Assembly (NCBI GenBank): GCA_963799105.1
Contig: CAWCVR010000001.1
Location: 1,032 to 65,031 of the forward strand
Reading direction: 5' to 3'
DNA: 64,000 nt
Source of the DNA: Bryobacterales bacterium
Lineage (GTDB): Bacteria; Acidobacteriota; Terriglobia; Bryobacterales; Bryobacteraceae
Shown here: in pieces, positions 1 through 8,538 of the stretch
How the letters are laid out: each line of letters opens with the position of its first letter
How positions within the stretch are numbered: the first letter of the stretch is position 1
The notes under the pieces: model-generated
What the model was told of the DNA's origin: nothing
The model's database searches: none
What the model saw: only the letters and a program-made list of their open reading frames with translations
Made by a program: the position numbers and the translations under genes

Positions 1-911
1 TCGAGGAGCAGGTCGTCCGCCAGAACCCGGGCGAGCGCCGTTGCCATCAAGGTCTTCCCCAGGCCGACCACGTCTCCAATGAGGACGCCGCCGCGTTTGT
101 GGACGTGATGGGCCGCGATTTTCACGGCCGCAACCTGGAAGTCAAAGAGCCTATTGCCGAAGTCCTTTGGGATGGTGTGTTGAATGATGCCTTCCCGCGC
201 CTCTTGAGAGAGGTGGTAAGCCATCTTCACGTAGATATGGTGCGGCGGGATTGCGTCTGGCCTGGCCCAGCTCTGGTCGATGATGTCGGCGATCTCCTTC
301 GAAATGTCGATGCACCAATGGTCGGCCCATCGGTCTTCAAACCACTGCGCGAGCTTGTTGCAGGCATCGTGGTCCGTGACGTCCACGTTCAACTCGCCCT
401 GCTTTGACAGCCCGGCGAACGTGAGGTTACTGCTGCCGAGGAAGCCGATGGACGGACTCACTGGATCGTGCCGGAAGAGGAGGTACAGCTTCGCGTGCAA
501 CGAGTGGCGAAGATGCAGCTTCACTACGACCTTGCCAGCTTTAATCTGGGCCGCCAGCCTGCGGAGCCCTGCCTCATCGGCGCCGGTCGGCGCGCCCATC
601 GTCAATTGGTCGCGGAAGTGGCCCGCCAGCGACTTCTTCAGGCGTACGGCGGTCTGGTTGTCCAATTCGCCGTCCTGTTTGATGATGCTGTAGGCTTCGG
701 CAAGCTCCTGCTGGGGGAGGGCCTGCATCCCAACGAGCAGCCGGCAACACTCGCCATCCCCTCCGGCCCACTGCTCGATATGCTCGTCAAGTTGCCGCCA
801 TCCGCGCAGGTTGAAGTACCCAACGCAAAAATCCGCACGGTGTGAGACGGCCAGGGTGGTCTTGAGGGTCGGCAAGAGCTGCTGATCGATGTTGTCGAAG
901 ATCCGCGGCAT
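1..911 (-). CDS. PLD-like (HKD) nuclease domain fused to an SNF2-family helicase. Only the N-terminal ~303 codons are present; the gene runs off the window.
   Basis: The minus-strand frame is open from ATG 911-909 to position 1. It is absent from the ORF track because there is no stop in the window. Translation starts MPRIFDNIDQQLLPTLK. 'LHLRHSLHAKLYLL' plus 'FLGSSNLT' match the PLD-nuclease HKD signature. 'LFDFQVAAV' and helicase motif I 'GDVVGLGKTLMA' follow. Confidence 0.75.
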   Translation of the reverse strand, partial: MPRIFDNIDQQLLPTLKTTLAVSHRADFCVGYFNLRGWRQLDEHIEQWAGGDGECCRLLVGMQALPQQELAEAYSIIKQDGELDNQTAVRLKKSLAGHFRDQLTMGAPTGADEAGLRRLAAQIKAGKVVVKLHLRHSLHAKLYLLFRHDPVSPSIGFLGSSNLTFAGLSKQGELNVDVTDHDACNKLAQWFEDRWADHWCIDISKEIADIIDQSWARPDAIPPHHIYVKMAYHLSQEAREGIIQHTIPKDFGNRLFDFQVAAVKIAAHHVHKRGGVLIGDVVGLGKTLMATALARVLADDLLL

Positions 912-1133
912 GGTGGGCGCGATCCACGCGCTAGTCTCCAGAAACCTAAAGAAGTACGATTGTATCTGAAACCGACGCTGGTCGCGCCATTTATCCACCA
1001 CGCCGGGGTGTTCAACAGGCATACAATAAGCAATCTTGGGGTATTCGGTCGACGGGACTCGAATCTCCTCTTGGCTTTGCCCGTTTCGAAGCGAACCTCA
1101 AGAAGCCCATTCAGACACGGGGAGGTCGCAGAG

Positions 1134-2244
1134 ATGGAACCAACCACCGCAAAGGTGACGGCGGCTGTTGAAGTAATCCGGAAGCGAATTCAGCAGGTCC
1201 GCGAACGGAAGGAACTCATCGGCGAGCAGAACACCAAGGCGGCGCTGATTGATCCGCTGCTGTCGGCCATGGGGTGGGAACTCCAGGAGATTGATGAGGT
1301 TCGCCGGGAGTACCGGCGCAAGCCGCAGGACAACCCCGTGGACTATGCGCTCTTCCTGAACCGCACGGAGTGCCTGCTGATTGAGGCGAAGTCGCTGGAG
1401 AAGGACCTCGGCGACAGGAAGTGGATTTCGCAGAACATCAGCTACGCGGCCGTGGTCGGGGTCAAGTGGTGCGTGCTCACAAATGGGGACGAGTATCGGA
1501 TCTACAACTCGCACGCCGAGGTCGACGTCGATGAAAAGCTGTTCCGCAAAGTGCGCATTTCGGACAGCGAGCCGAAGTTCATCATCGACACCCTCGTGTT
1601 GCTGTCGAAGGAGAAGATGCGCGGGAGCCTGCTCGATGAGATGTGGAAGGCCCACTTCATCGACCGCAGAGTCAGGCTCGCGCTCGAGAGCTTGCTCGGT
1701 GAAGACGACGCGCCATTGATTCGGGCCATCTGCAAGAAGGCGAATGGCGTCACGCCGTCAGAAGCACGCGCTTCTCTCAAGCGCGGCAAAGATTACCATC
1801 GATTTCCCGTTGCCGAAGGTTCTCGAACAGCCGGTGGCGCCCGCCGCGCCGCCTGTCACAGCCGAAGGCAGAAGCCTCCACCGCTCGCCGGGAAGCTGGC
1901 AAGAAGGCGTGGGAGACCATGACCGCCATGGCCGAGGCGACTCTGCCCAACCTCATCGCAGCCGGATTTGTAAAGGCGCCACTGGAGCTGGAGCGTACGT
2001 ACAAGGGTGTTCAGCTTAACCGCATCAATTCAGCCGGACGGAACGGTCTCGTTCGGCGGCGAGACCTGCCTGACCCTGTCGGCCGCCGGCGGCATCGCCC
2101 GGAAGTCGGTACTCGGCACATCCACACACGAACCGCCGCCAGCAACTAACGGCTGGACCTTCTGGCAGTTTCGGGAACCCGAAGACAGGCAACCTCCGGG
2201 ACATGGACAGCCTGCGGCAGGAGTTTCTGGCGGAGAAGAAGTAA
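1134..2244 (+). pseudogene. HsdR_N/Mrr-like PD-(D/E)xK domain protein with a RAMA-like C-terminal domain, broken by four +1 frame shifts
   Basis: ATG 1134 lies 8 nt after GGAGG (1121-1125). The N-terminal ~215 aa are intact ('VDYALFLN..CLLIEAKS', 'WCVLTNGDEYRIY'). The coherent peptide then hops frame at ~1785, ~1880, ~2010 and ~2187. The segments read ..AKITIDFPLPKV.. / ..AGKKAWETMTAMAEATLPNLIAAGFVKAPLELERTYKGVQL / TASIQPDGTVSFGGETCLTLSAAGGIARKSVLG..NGWTFWQFREPED / GNLRDMDSLRQEFLAEKK*. The stop is at 2242-2244. Confidence 0.6.
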
Positions 2245-2289
2245 TGCCAGCGGGCACGAATGGCGGCTAACGCTGGTCCGGAGCGCAAA

Positions 2290-2361
2290 ATGAGGATCAA
2301 GAAGAGCACCCGACACGCCAAGATTACCGGCGATTTCGGCGAGATGGCGGTCCTCTATTGG
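2290..2361 (+). pseudogene. 5' fragment (24 codons) of a PD-(D/E)xK-type gene interrupted by a transposon
   Basis: From ATG 2290 the frame reads MRIKKSTRHAKITGDFGEMAVLYW and ends exactly at the transposon end. It continues in frame at 5603 (LSKYGFECALVDHTGIDIIA..). Confidence 0.7.
2357..2361. repeat. Target-site duplication ATTGG (left copy)
   Basis: ATTGG lies immediately before the TGTAAC.. transposon end. An identical ATTGG lies immediately after the ..GTTACA end at 5598-5602. Confidence 0.7.
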
Positions 2362-2587
2362 TGTAACCGGCCACGCTTATTGCCCGCGTAGCGGGCAGTT
2401 TTTCTCACACTGACGCCGGTCTTCCCCGGCGGCATCGCGACCGCTTGACGGCGGCCAGCCTGCACAAACCACCAATCCAGCGCTAGGATGTCGAAGTGTG
2501 TGCGGGAGAGTTCCAAAAGCCTCACAGCCCGGACCCTCCCGCCAGAGCAACCCCGGGAGTTAGCGCTCCCTGAAGGCCGATCCTACA

Positions 2588-3181
2588 ATGCAAATCCTAC
2601 ACCCTTTCGCCGGGTCCGTGGCGGACTACCTCGCGCAGCTCGACAACCCGGATCAGTACCGCCCCCATCAATGTCCACTGTGCCATGCCAAACATCCGCT
2701 GGCGGCGCACGGTTTCTACACGCGCACCATCGCCGATTCCACGTTCGAAGGATGGATCCGCGTGCGCCGCTATCTGTGCGAGTCCTGCCGGCGTACCGTA
2801 TCGTTGCTGCCGGACTTCGCCTTGCCGTACTTGCGCTTCAGCCTCACCGTGATCGCCGCGTTCCTGGTGGCGCGGCTGGTCCACGGCAAGACACTCGGGG
2901 AAGCGCTTCCGCCGGGAGCGCCCTATCAGCGCGGGCAGTCGTGGATCCGCCGTTTTCGCGCCCAGGCCGCAGCTCTCGCGGCCGCGCTGTCCGCGCTTGC
3001 CGATCCGCCGCCCGCGCCGAATTTCGTGGCTCGTGCACTCGCCATGCTCAACGCGGCAGGGTGGATTCCCGCGCATCGTTTCCTGTTCTCCAGCCTTCGA
3101 CAACATCTGCTGGGCTGGTCCCGTTCGCTCATTCCCGGCGGCCGCCACGCCGCGATCCCGCCCGCCGCCGCGCCCGCCTGA
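2588..3181 (+). CDS. Transposon accessory protein with a double CxxC zinc-ribbon (DUF6431-like)
   Basis: This 197-aa ORF is the first gene of the element. It has 'HQCPLCH' and 'CESCRRT' cysteine pairs. Overlapping ORFs in other frames are Arg/Ala/Pro-rich noise. Confidence 0.6.
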   Translation: MQILHPFAGSVADYLAQLDNPDQYRPHQCPLCHAKHPLAAHGFYTRTIADSTFEGWIRVRRYLCESCRRTVSLLPDFALPYLRFSLTVIAAFLVARLVHGKTLGEALPPGAPYQRGQSWIRRFRAQAAALAAALSALADPPPAPNFVARALAMLNAAGWIPAHRFLFSSLRQHLLGWSRSLIPGGRHAAIPPAAAPA

Positions 3182-3259
3182 GCGTCCCCACACACCATTT
3201 GTCTGGAACCGGACCGCTTTTCGCCCTACGCTCGAACCCAAGGAGAAAGCAGTCACCCG

Positions 3260-4480
3260 ATGCCCGACGACAAGACCGAAAAGACCGCCCTGTTCCGCTA
3301 TGGGCTCATTGCACCGCTGGTGCTGGAAACCCTCCCGCGCGGCGAACTGACACGCCGCGCCCAGGAGGTTGCCTCGCGTCTCTACGATATTCCGAATTCC
3401 ACGCGCCGCCAGGTTTCGGTGGACACCTTGCTGGAATGGACGCTGCGCTACCGGCGCAACGGCCTCACCGCGCTCATGCCCAAGCCGCGCGAGGATCGCG
3501 GACGGATGCGCGCCATCCCCGACGCCACCGCCGCGCTCATCGAACGGCTCAAGCGCGAAAGCCCGCATCGCACCGGAACGGCCTTGCTGAACCACCTGGC
3601 CCTGGCCGGCGATCAGGCCGAAATCTCACCGTCCACGCTCTATCGATTCCTGCGCGCCCGTGGACTCACCGAGCGCCAACTGGTGCTCGACAAAGCCACC
3701 GCGCACAAGAAGTACGAAGCCGAGTTCGCCAATCAGATCTGGCAGTCCGACATGCTCTTCGGCCCGTGGGTCGAGCGCGCCGGCGGCGGCAAGATGCAGG
3801 TGTTCCTGCAGGCCGCGCTCGACGATGCCAGCCGCTTGATCCCGCACGCGCAGTTCTATCCCAACCAGGGCCTCGACTCCTTCCTCGACTGCCTGCGTCA
3901 GGCCATCGCCGCGCGCGGTCTGCCTACTCGTCTCTATATGGACAACGCCAAGATCTATCGCTCGCCGCAACTGTCGCGGATCGCCGCCTCCATCGGCATC
4001 CTGATCGTTCACACGCCGCCCTATCAACCCGAAGGCCGCGGCAAGATCGAACGCTTCTTCCGTTCCGTGCGCGAGCAGTTTCTCTCCAACCTCGACCCCA
4101 AGGCTTTGCTTTCGCTCGATCAGTTGAACGAACGACTCTGGCACTGGCTCGATACCGTCTATCACCGCCGCGAGCACAGCGCGCTTCAAACCACCCCGCT
4201 GTTGCGCTGGCAACGGGACATCGCGCAGGTGCGGCAACTGCCGCCGGCCACCGACATGCGCCGTCTGTTCTTCCATCGCGTTGACCGCCTGGTGCGCCGC
4301 GATTCCACGTTCCTGCTGCGCCATCGTTTCTTCGAAGCGCCGCCTTATCTGGCCGGCAAGAAGATCGAGGTGCGTTTCGATCCGCTCGATCTGGCACAGT
4401 TGGAAATCTACTGCGCCGGAAAGCCGGAGGGCGCGGCGCGTCCGGTCGATGCGGTGGTCAACGGAAGGACCTACCGGTAA
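3260..4480 (+). CDS. DDE transposase (integrase-core/rve fold, Mu-transposase-like)
   Basis: 406 aa. It has an N-terminal HTH-like region and candidate DDE residues in 'QIWQSDM', 'LYMDNAKIY' and 'PYQPEGRGKIERFF'. Its stop overlaps the ATG of the ATPase gene (ATG at 4480). Confidence 0.85.
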   Translation: MPDDKTEKTALFRYGLIAPLVLETLPRGELTRRAQEVASRLYDIPNSTRRQVSVDTLLEWTLRYRRNGLTALMPKPREDRGRMRAIPDATAALIERLKRESPHRTGTALLNHLALAGDQAEISPSTLYRFLRARGLTERQLVLDKATAHKKYEAEFANQIWQSDMLFGPWVERAGGGKMQVFLQAALDDASRLIPHAQFYPNQGLDSFLDCLRQAIAARGLPTRLYMDNAKIYRSPQLSRIAASIGILIVHTPPYQPEGRGKIERFFRSVREQFLSNLDPKALLSLDQLNERLWHWLDTVYHRREHSALQTTPLLRWQRDIAQVRQLPPATDMRRLFFHRVDRLVRRDSTFLLRHRFFEAPPYLAGKKIEVRFDPLDLAQLEIYCAGKPEGAARPVDAVVNGRTYR

Positions 4481-5280
4481 TGTGGGAATCTTTCTTCGGC
4501 TTCAAGAAGACGCCGTTTTCCGACAACCCGGACGGCAAGCAACTGTTCGCATCGGCGGCCTGGCAGCAAGTCAAGACACGGCTCGAGTTCCTGACGCGGC
4601 ATCCCGGCGTGGGGTTGCTCACCGGCGAAGTGGGCGCCGGCAAATCGACAGCCGCGCGGATCTTCACCGCCTCGCTGAACCCCAACCTTCACAAGGTGCT
4701 CTATGTTCACTTCTCCTCCGGCACGGCGCTCGACCTGTTGCGCCAGATCGCGCTCACTCTCGATCTGGAGCCCGCGCACTTTCGCGGCGACCTGGTCCGC
4801 CAGATCGCCGAGGCCGTCGTACGTCTGAACCAGAGTAAGAAGCAGCATCCGATTCTCATCTGCGACGAAGCGCACTTACTGCCACATCCGGCGCTCGAGC
4901 AGTTGCCGCTGCTGCTGAACTTCGACATGGACTCTTCGCGTTATCTCACGCTGCTGCTGGTCGGTCAGCCGCTGTTGCGCCGGACGCTTTCGCTGCAGAT
5001 GCATGAAGCCTTGCGCCAGCGCATCGGCACGCACTATCACCTGGAGGGACTTTCGCGCGAGGAACTCGACGCCTATCTGGCGCAGCAACTCAAAGCCGCG
5101 GGCGTGACTCAGCCGTTGTTCGATGACACCGCGCGCCAAGGTCTCTATCAGGCCACCAAGGGCATTCCCCGGAAAGTGAACAAGTTGGCGGCGGCGGCAT
5201 TGCATCTGGCGGCCGCGCGCCAGGCTCCGCTGGTTGACGAAGCGATCCTGCTGGACGCCACCGCCGAGGCGTTGCTATGA
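4480..5280 (+). CDS. AAA+ ATPase transposition helper (ExeA/TniB-like)
   Basis: 266 aa. Walker A is 'GEVGAGKST' and Walker B is 'ILICDEAH'. It is translationally coupled to the transposase. Confidence 0.8.
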   Translation: MWESFFGFKKTPFSDNPDGKQLFASAAWQQVKTRLEFLTRHPGVGLLTGEVGAGKSTAARIFTASLNPNLHKVLYVHFSSGTALDLLRQIALTLDLEPAHFRGDLVRQIAEAVVRLNQSKKQHPILICDEAHLLPHPALEQLPLLLNFDMDSSRYLTLLLVGQPLLRRTLSLQMHEALRQRIGTHYHLEGLSREELDAYLAQQLKAAGVTQPLFDDTARQGLYQATKGIPRKVNKLAAAALHLAAARQAPLVDEAILLDATAEALL

Positions 5281-5381
5281 AGTAACGAAGCACCGTATCG
5301 ATCTTCCGTCCGGGGTCGCGCCTGGGCGGAGCCCAAGGCCGAGGCGACGGGCTGGCTCCGTTACTGATCGGCACAACAGAA

Positions 5382-5413
5382 CCCCCGGGCAAGTCTCGGG
5401 GGTTTTGCTTTTT
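5382..5413 (+). terminator. Rho-independent terminator after the transposon ATPase gene
   Basis: Stem CCCCCGGG (5382-5389), loop caagt, stem CTCGGGGG (5395-5402), 7/8 paired. TTTTGCTTTTT follows. Confidence 0.6.
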
Positions 5414-5597
5414 GTGGTTGACATCAGGGTGGTGATGTCCCCGAGCTGAGGCCTTGGGCATTAAACGCGAAGATCGCCGTAGGCGTTCCCTATTGTTCCG
5501 CCGAGACGCTCCGGCGCCACATGGCCCGCCAATAGCTTGACCAACTCGCCGGAAAACAAAGTGAGAATCTCGGGGGGAAAGATCGTGACCCGTTACA

Positions 5598-5602
5598 ATT
5601 GG
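5598..5602. repeat. Target-site duplication ATTGG (right copy)
   Basis: See the left copy at 2357-2361. Confidence 0.7.
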
Positions 5603-6043
5603 CTCTCGAAGTACGGGTTCGAGTGCGCTCTGGTGGACCACACGGGAATCGACATCATCGCTCGTAACCCGCATACGAATGAGATCATGGGCATCTCCGT
5701 CAAGAGTCGGAGCCGGGCCGAGGAACAAGAAGATGAGTACGTGAGCATCCCGAACGACAACTTCGACAAGGCAGAAAAGGCGTGTGCCGCGTTCGGGTGT
5801 GTTCCGTACTTTGCCATCGTCGTCGATGCGGGCGAGATGATCCGTGGGTTCATATTACCGATGGCCAAGGTCCTCACCCTCTTCCCCAAAGGCAAGGCGG
5901 GTTCTGGTTGGAAGATGACAGAACGATATCTGGCCCGTTATGCGGCAGACCCGGCGATTCAGGTTTTTGCGTTTCAGACAAAGACGATGAGATGGTGGGG
6001 CCAAGACGTGGGCGCAGCCAGCGTCCCTACCGCGCGCGGCTGA
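5603..6043 (+). pseudogene. 3' part of the transposon-interrupted PD-(D/E)xK-type (Hjc/restriction-endonuclease-like) gene
   Basis: It is in frame with the 2290-2361 fragment after removal of the element. 'HTGIDIIA ... MGISVKSRS' fits a D..(S/E)xK nuclease core. The track ORF 5537-6043 begins inside the transposon end and so is chimeric. Confidence 0.65.
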
Positions 6044-6425
6044 CCCTGCGGTCGTTAGCCGGCGGCGCGTTGTCGCCCCAGGGCCGCGCCCGGATCATCG
6101 CGGCGACCAAACGGCGATGGGCCAAGGCGCGGAGGTTGAAGCGAGCGAAGGGATAGAGGTGGGCCGACACGGGCGGCGAGTCTGGCGGGTCGGAGGGGGC
6201 GGATGGCCGAAAGCACCTCGTCCTTCCACAGCACGACCTGCTTCAGGAGAGATACCTCCAGGCCGGAGGCGTCAGCCTTCATCTTGGCTTGAAACGCAGC
6301 CATGGCGGCTCAGTTGGATAACAAAACCGCCACAATGGCACTTTAAGCGCACTAAAAATGTGCTTAAATAACAATATGGCCGGTTCACAATCGCAATCAC
6401 AGCCCAGGAATCCGGTCACTGGAGG

Positions 6426-7931
6426 TTGCAATTGCCGCTTTCGAAGGAATTAAGGCTTCTGGAGAACCGTTGGAAGAGTGGTCAGGGATGGCCTAAACGG
6501 TTAGAGTGGATAGAGATAGAAGGACTCAGGGGCTGGACTGGCGAGAGAATTGAGTTCCAGTTCCCCATCGTTGCGCTCGTGGGAGAGAATGGCATAGGGA
6601 AGAGCACTGTGCTTCAAGCGGTTGCCGCATCCTACAAGGGGGAGTCACAGCGGCAACATTATGCGTCGGATTTCTTCCCTGACACGCCGTGGGAGCAAGT
6701 CACTGGCGCGGAAATCAGGACTTCCATGCGGGAGGGCCCTACTTCAGGCTCGATTTCGGTTAGCATCCGGCGACCTTCCGAGCGCTGGCGCGGCAACGAT
6801 GAACGCAGGGAGCGAGATGTCGAATACATCGACCTCCGTCGAATCCAGCCGATTGCATCTAGAACTGGTTATGCGCGAATGGCGAAGCGTGAAGTTAAAG
6901 AGAGAGCCGTCCAGGCATTTGACGTTGCCACAGTGGAACGCCTGTCGGGCCTAATGGGTCGAAACTACGACTTGGCTAAAGTTTCCACGACGGATGTTGA
7001 CGAATTTCGAACCGTTCCCGTTTTGTCTAAGAACGGTAGATGGTACTCCGGTTTTCATGGCGGTGCAGGTGAGACGGTTATGGCAGAACTGCTCCAGCGC
7101 CGCATCAAGAAGTACTCTATCGTTTTGATCGATGAGGTCGAAACCTCCCTTCATCCGAGGACTCAGCGTAGGTTTATTCGGGATTTGGCTACTATCTGCC
7201 GGAACCTTGATGTCCAGTGCATAGTAAGCACTCATTCTCCGTATGTATTGGACGAACTGCCGCCAGAGGGCCGGATCTACCTAATGGAGAGCGACGGCCA
7301 ACGAAAAATCATGGTAGGGGTTAGCCCGGCATTTGCTATGTCCAAAATGGACGACGAACCTCACCCCGAAGCGGACGTTTACGTTGAAGACGAGCGAGCC
7401 AAGACACTGGTGAATGAAATCGTCGCCTTCTCCGACAGAAAGGATCTGATCACTCGGTACCAAGTAGTTCCCTTTGGCGCGGCGAACGTGGGAAGAGCGC
7501 TTGGATCGATGGTTAAGGGGAAGCGCTTCCCTCGCCCTTCAGTTGTGTTTTTGGATGGCGATCAAGAGGCGAGCGAGGGCTGCCACTTGTTGCCCGGAGA
7601 AGACGCACCGGAGCGGGTCGTATTTGATCAACTGCAAAAGAGCGGTGTTGATGGTCTGGCCGCGAGGCTGGGCCGTTCCGCTTCGAATATTGCCGAAGCC
7701 TGCATCGCCGCTATGTTGATTGGGGACCATCACGAATGGGTACGCTACGCAGCGGATCGCCTTACCGTACCGGGCAATGTCTTGTGGCAGGGAATGTGCG
7801 CGGAGTGGTCTATCCGGTGCCTCTCACCGATAAGCGCCAATAGGGTTGGCGACGCGATCCTTGAGGCAATTATTCAGTATGGCGGCTCACAGCATGTAGA
7901 GCAGACGCCGCCGCAGTCGAGACTCTTCTAG
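6426..7931 (+). CDS. OLD-family nuclease-like protein: ABC-type ATPase fused to a Toprim/DUF4435-like domain
   Basis: 501 aa. Walker A is 'GENGIGKST', Walker B is 'IVLIDEVETSLHP', and 'STHSPYV' is present. The C-terminal region has a Toprim-like Glu ('VYVEDERAK') and DxD ('VVFLDGDQE'). GGAGG lies at 6421-6425. The true start may be the TTG at 6432. Confidence 0.7.
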   Translation: MQLPLSKELRLLENRWKSGQGWPKRLEWIEIEGLRGWTGERIEFQFPIVALVGENGIGKSTVLQAVAASYKGESQRQHYASDFFPDTPWEQVTGAEIRTSMREGPTSGSISVSIRRPSERWRGNDERRERDVEYIDLRRIQPIASRTGYARMAKREVKERAVQAFDVATVERLSGLMGRNYDLAKVSTTDVDEFRTVPVLSKNGRWYSGFHGGAGETVMAELLQRRIKKYSIVLIDEVETSLHPRTQRRFIRDLATICRNLDVQCIVSTHSPYVLDELPPEGRIYLMESDGQRKIMVGVSPAFAMSKMDDEPHPEADVYVEDERAKTLVNEIVAFSDRKDLITRYQVVPFGAANVGRALGSMVKGKRFPRPSVVFLDGDQEASEGCHLLPGEDAPERVVFDQLQKSGVDGLAARLGRSASNIAEACIAAMLIGDHHEWVRYAADRLTVPGNVLWQGMCAEWSIRCLSPISANRVGDAILEAIIQYGGSQHVEQTPPQSRLF

Positions 7932-8166
7932 CACTAGTTACCCCTTGCGCGGCCTGCCGCCGCCGTCTGTGCTTGCGTGGCCGCGATCTTGGCGACGTAC
8001 TCAGGCCCGCGCATTGCCGTCACTTTGCCTCCCTTCGCACCCAGGACGACTGCGGGCGACGTAGTGCGCAAGAGCGCCACAGCCACGCGTAGTAATCAGC
8101 CGTGCTCTGCGCGGGTGCTGCATTCTTACGGGACTTCATCGCCAACTTGCCAAAACAGATGGCTTG

Positions 8167-8517
8167 TCACTCCTGCGGGTCCGTTGGGAACAGCGCATCG
8201 ACAAGCGGCTTTAGCCATCGGCGATCCGCATTGGCTGTGTACGAGTCCCAGGTCTGGAGGGCGGCTTTGATGCGGGCCGTCTCCAGATCGGAGAACTCGA
8301 AGTCTTGGGGCGGGATCGAGAGCGCGGGGTTCCACACCATCCGCTCCGTCCCGTTCACCATCTCGCGCTTCAGTTCGATGAGCTTCTCCTCGTCGGCATC
8401 GAGGGCGAGCTTGTCCTGCACCGCCCAGATCGCGCGAATAGACCCCACGTCTGCCCGCTGCGCGCCCAGGAGCGCGTGCAGGTTCAGACGCTGGGTATGG
8501 TCCAGCGTCAACTTCAT
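8167..8517 (-). CDS. Hypothetical phage protein, last gene of the structural operon
   Basis: This 116-aa ORF has normal amino-acid composition (MKLTLDHTQRLNLHALLGAQ..). An AAAGGA ribosome-binding site lies upstream. It starts 22 nt after the tail-fibre stop. Confidence 0.65.
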   Translation of the reverse strand: MKLTLDHTQRLNLHALLGAQRADVGSIRAIWAVQDKLALDADEEKLIELKREMVNGTERMVWNPALSIPPQDFEFSDLETARIKAALQTWDSYTANADRRWLKPLVDALFPTDPQE

Positions 8518-8538
8518 TCGATTTGTCCTTTCGGGGGA

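Larger units (their letters stand above)
2362..5597 (+). mobile_element. Mu/Tn5053(TniA-TniB)-like three-gene transposon, 3,236 bp
   Basis: The ends TGTAACCGGCCACG (2362-2375) and CGTGACCCGTTACA (5584-5597) form 12/14 imperfect inverted repeats with TG..CA tips. A 5-bp direct duplication ATTGG flanks the unit. It carries a Zn-ribbon protein, a DDE (rve) transposase and an AAA+ ATPase. Deleting 2362-5602 restores one continuous host ORF. Confidence 0.8.

Noticed and set aside
2488-4284. A 598-aa plus-strand ORF, together with the 332-aa minus-strand ORF at 2597-3595, overlaps the transposon genes.
   Set aside because: Both are extremely Arg/Ala/Pro/Ser-rich and low-complexity. They overlap well-supported genes (the Zn-ribbon protein and the DDE transposase) in other frames. 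This is typical open-frame noise in high-G+C DNA.
6044-6420. Small ORFs lie in the gap after the interrupted nuclease gene: 5782-6156 plus (tail ..IIAATKRRWAKARRLKRAKG) and 6055-6303 minus.
   Set aside because: They overlap each other and neither has a convincing start or ribosome-binding site. They may be relics of a small basic protein gene, but I cannot support a call.
7932-8166. Minus-strand short frames lie after the last phage gene (MKSRKNAAPAQSTADYYAW.. and ..LGAKGGKVTAMRGPEYVAKIAATQAQTAAAGRARGN*).
   Set aside because: A sensible peptide requires a frame hop and would still be under 60 aa. This is probably a relic, and it is too weak to annotate.
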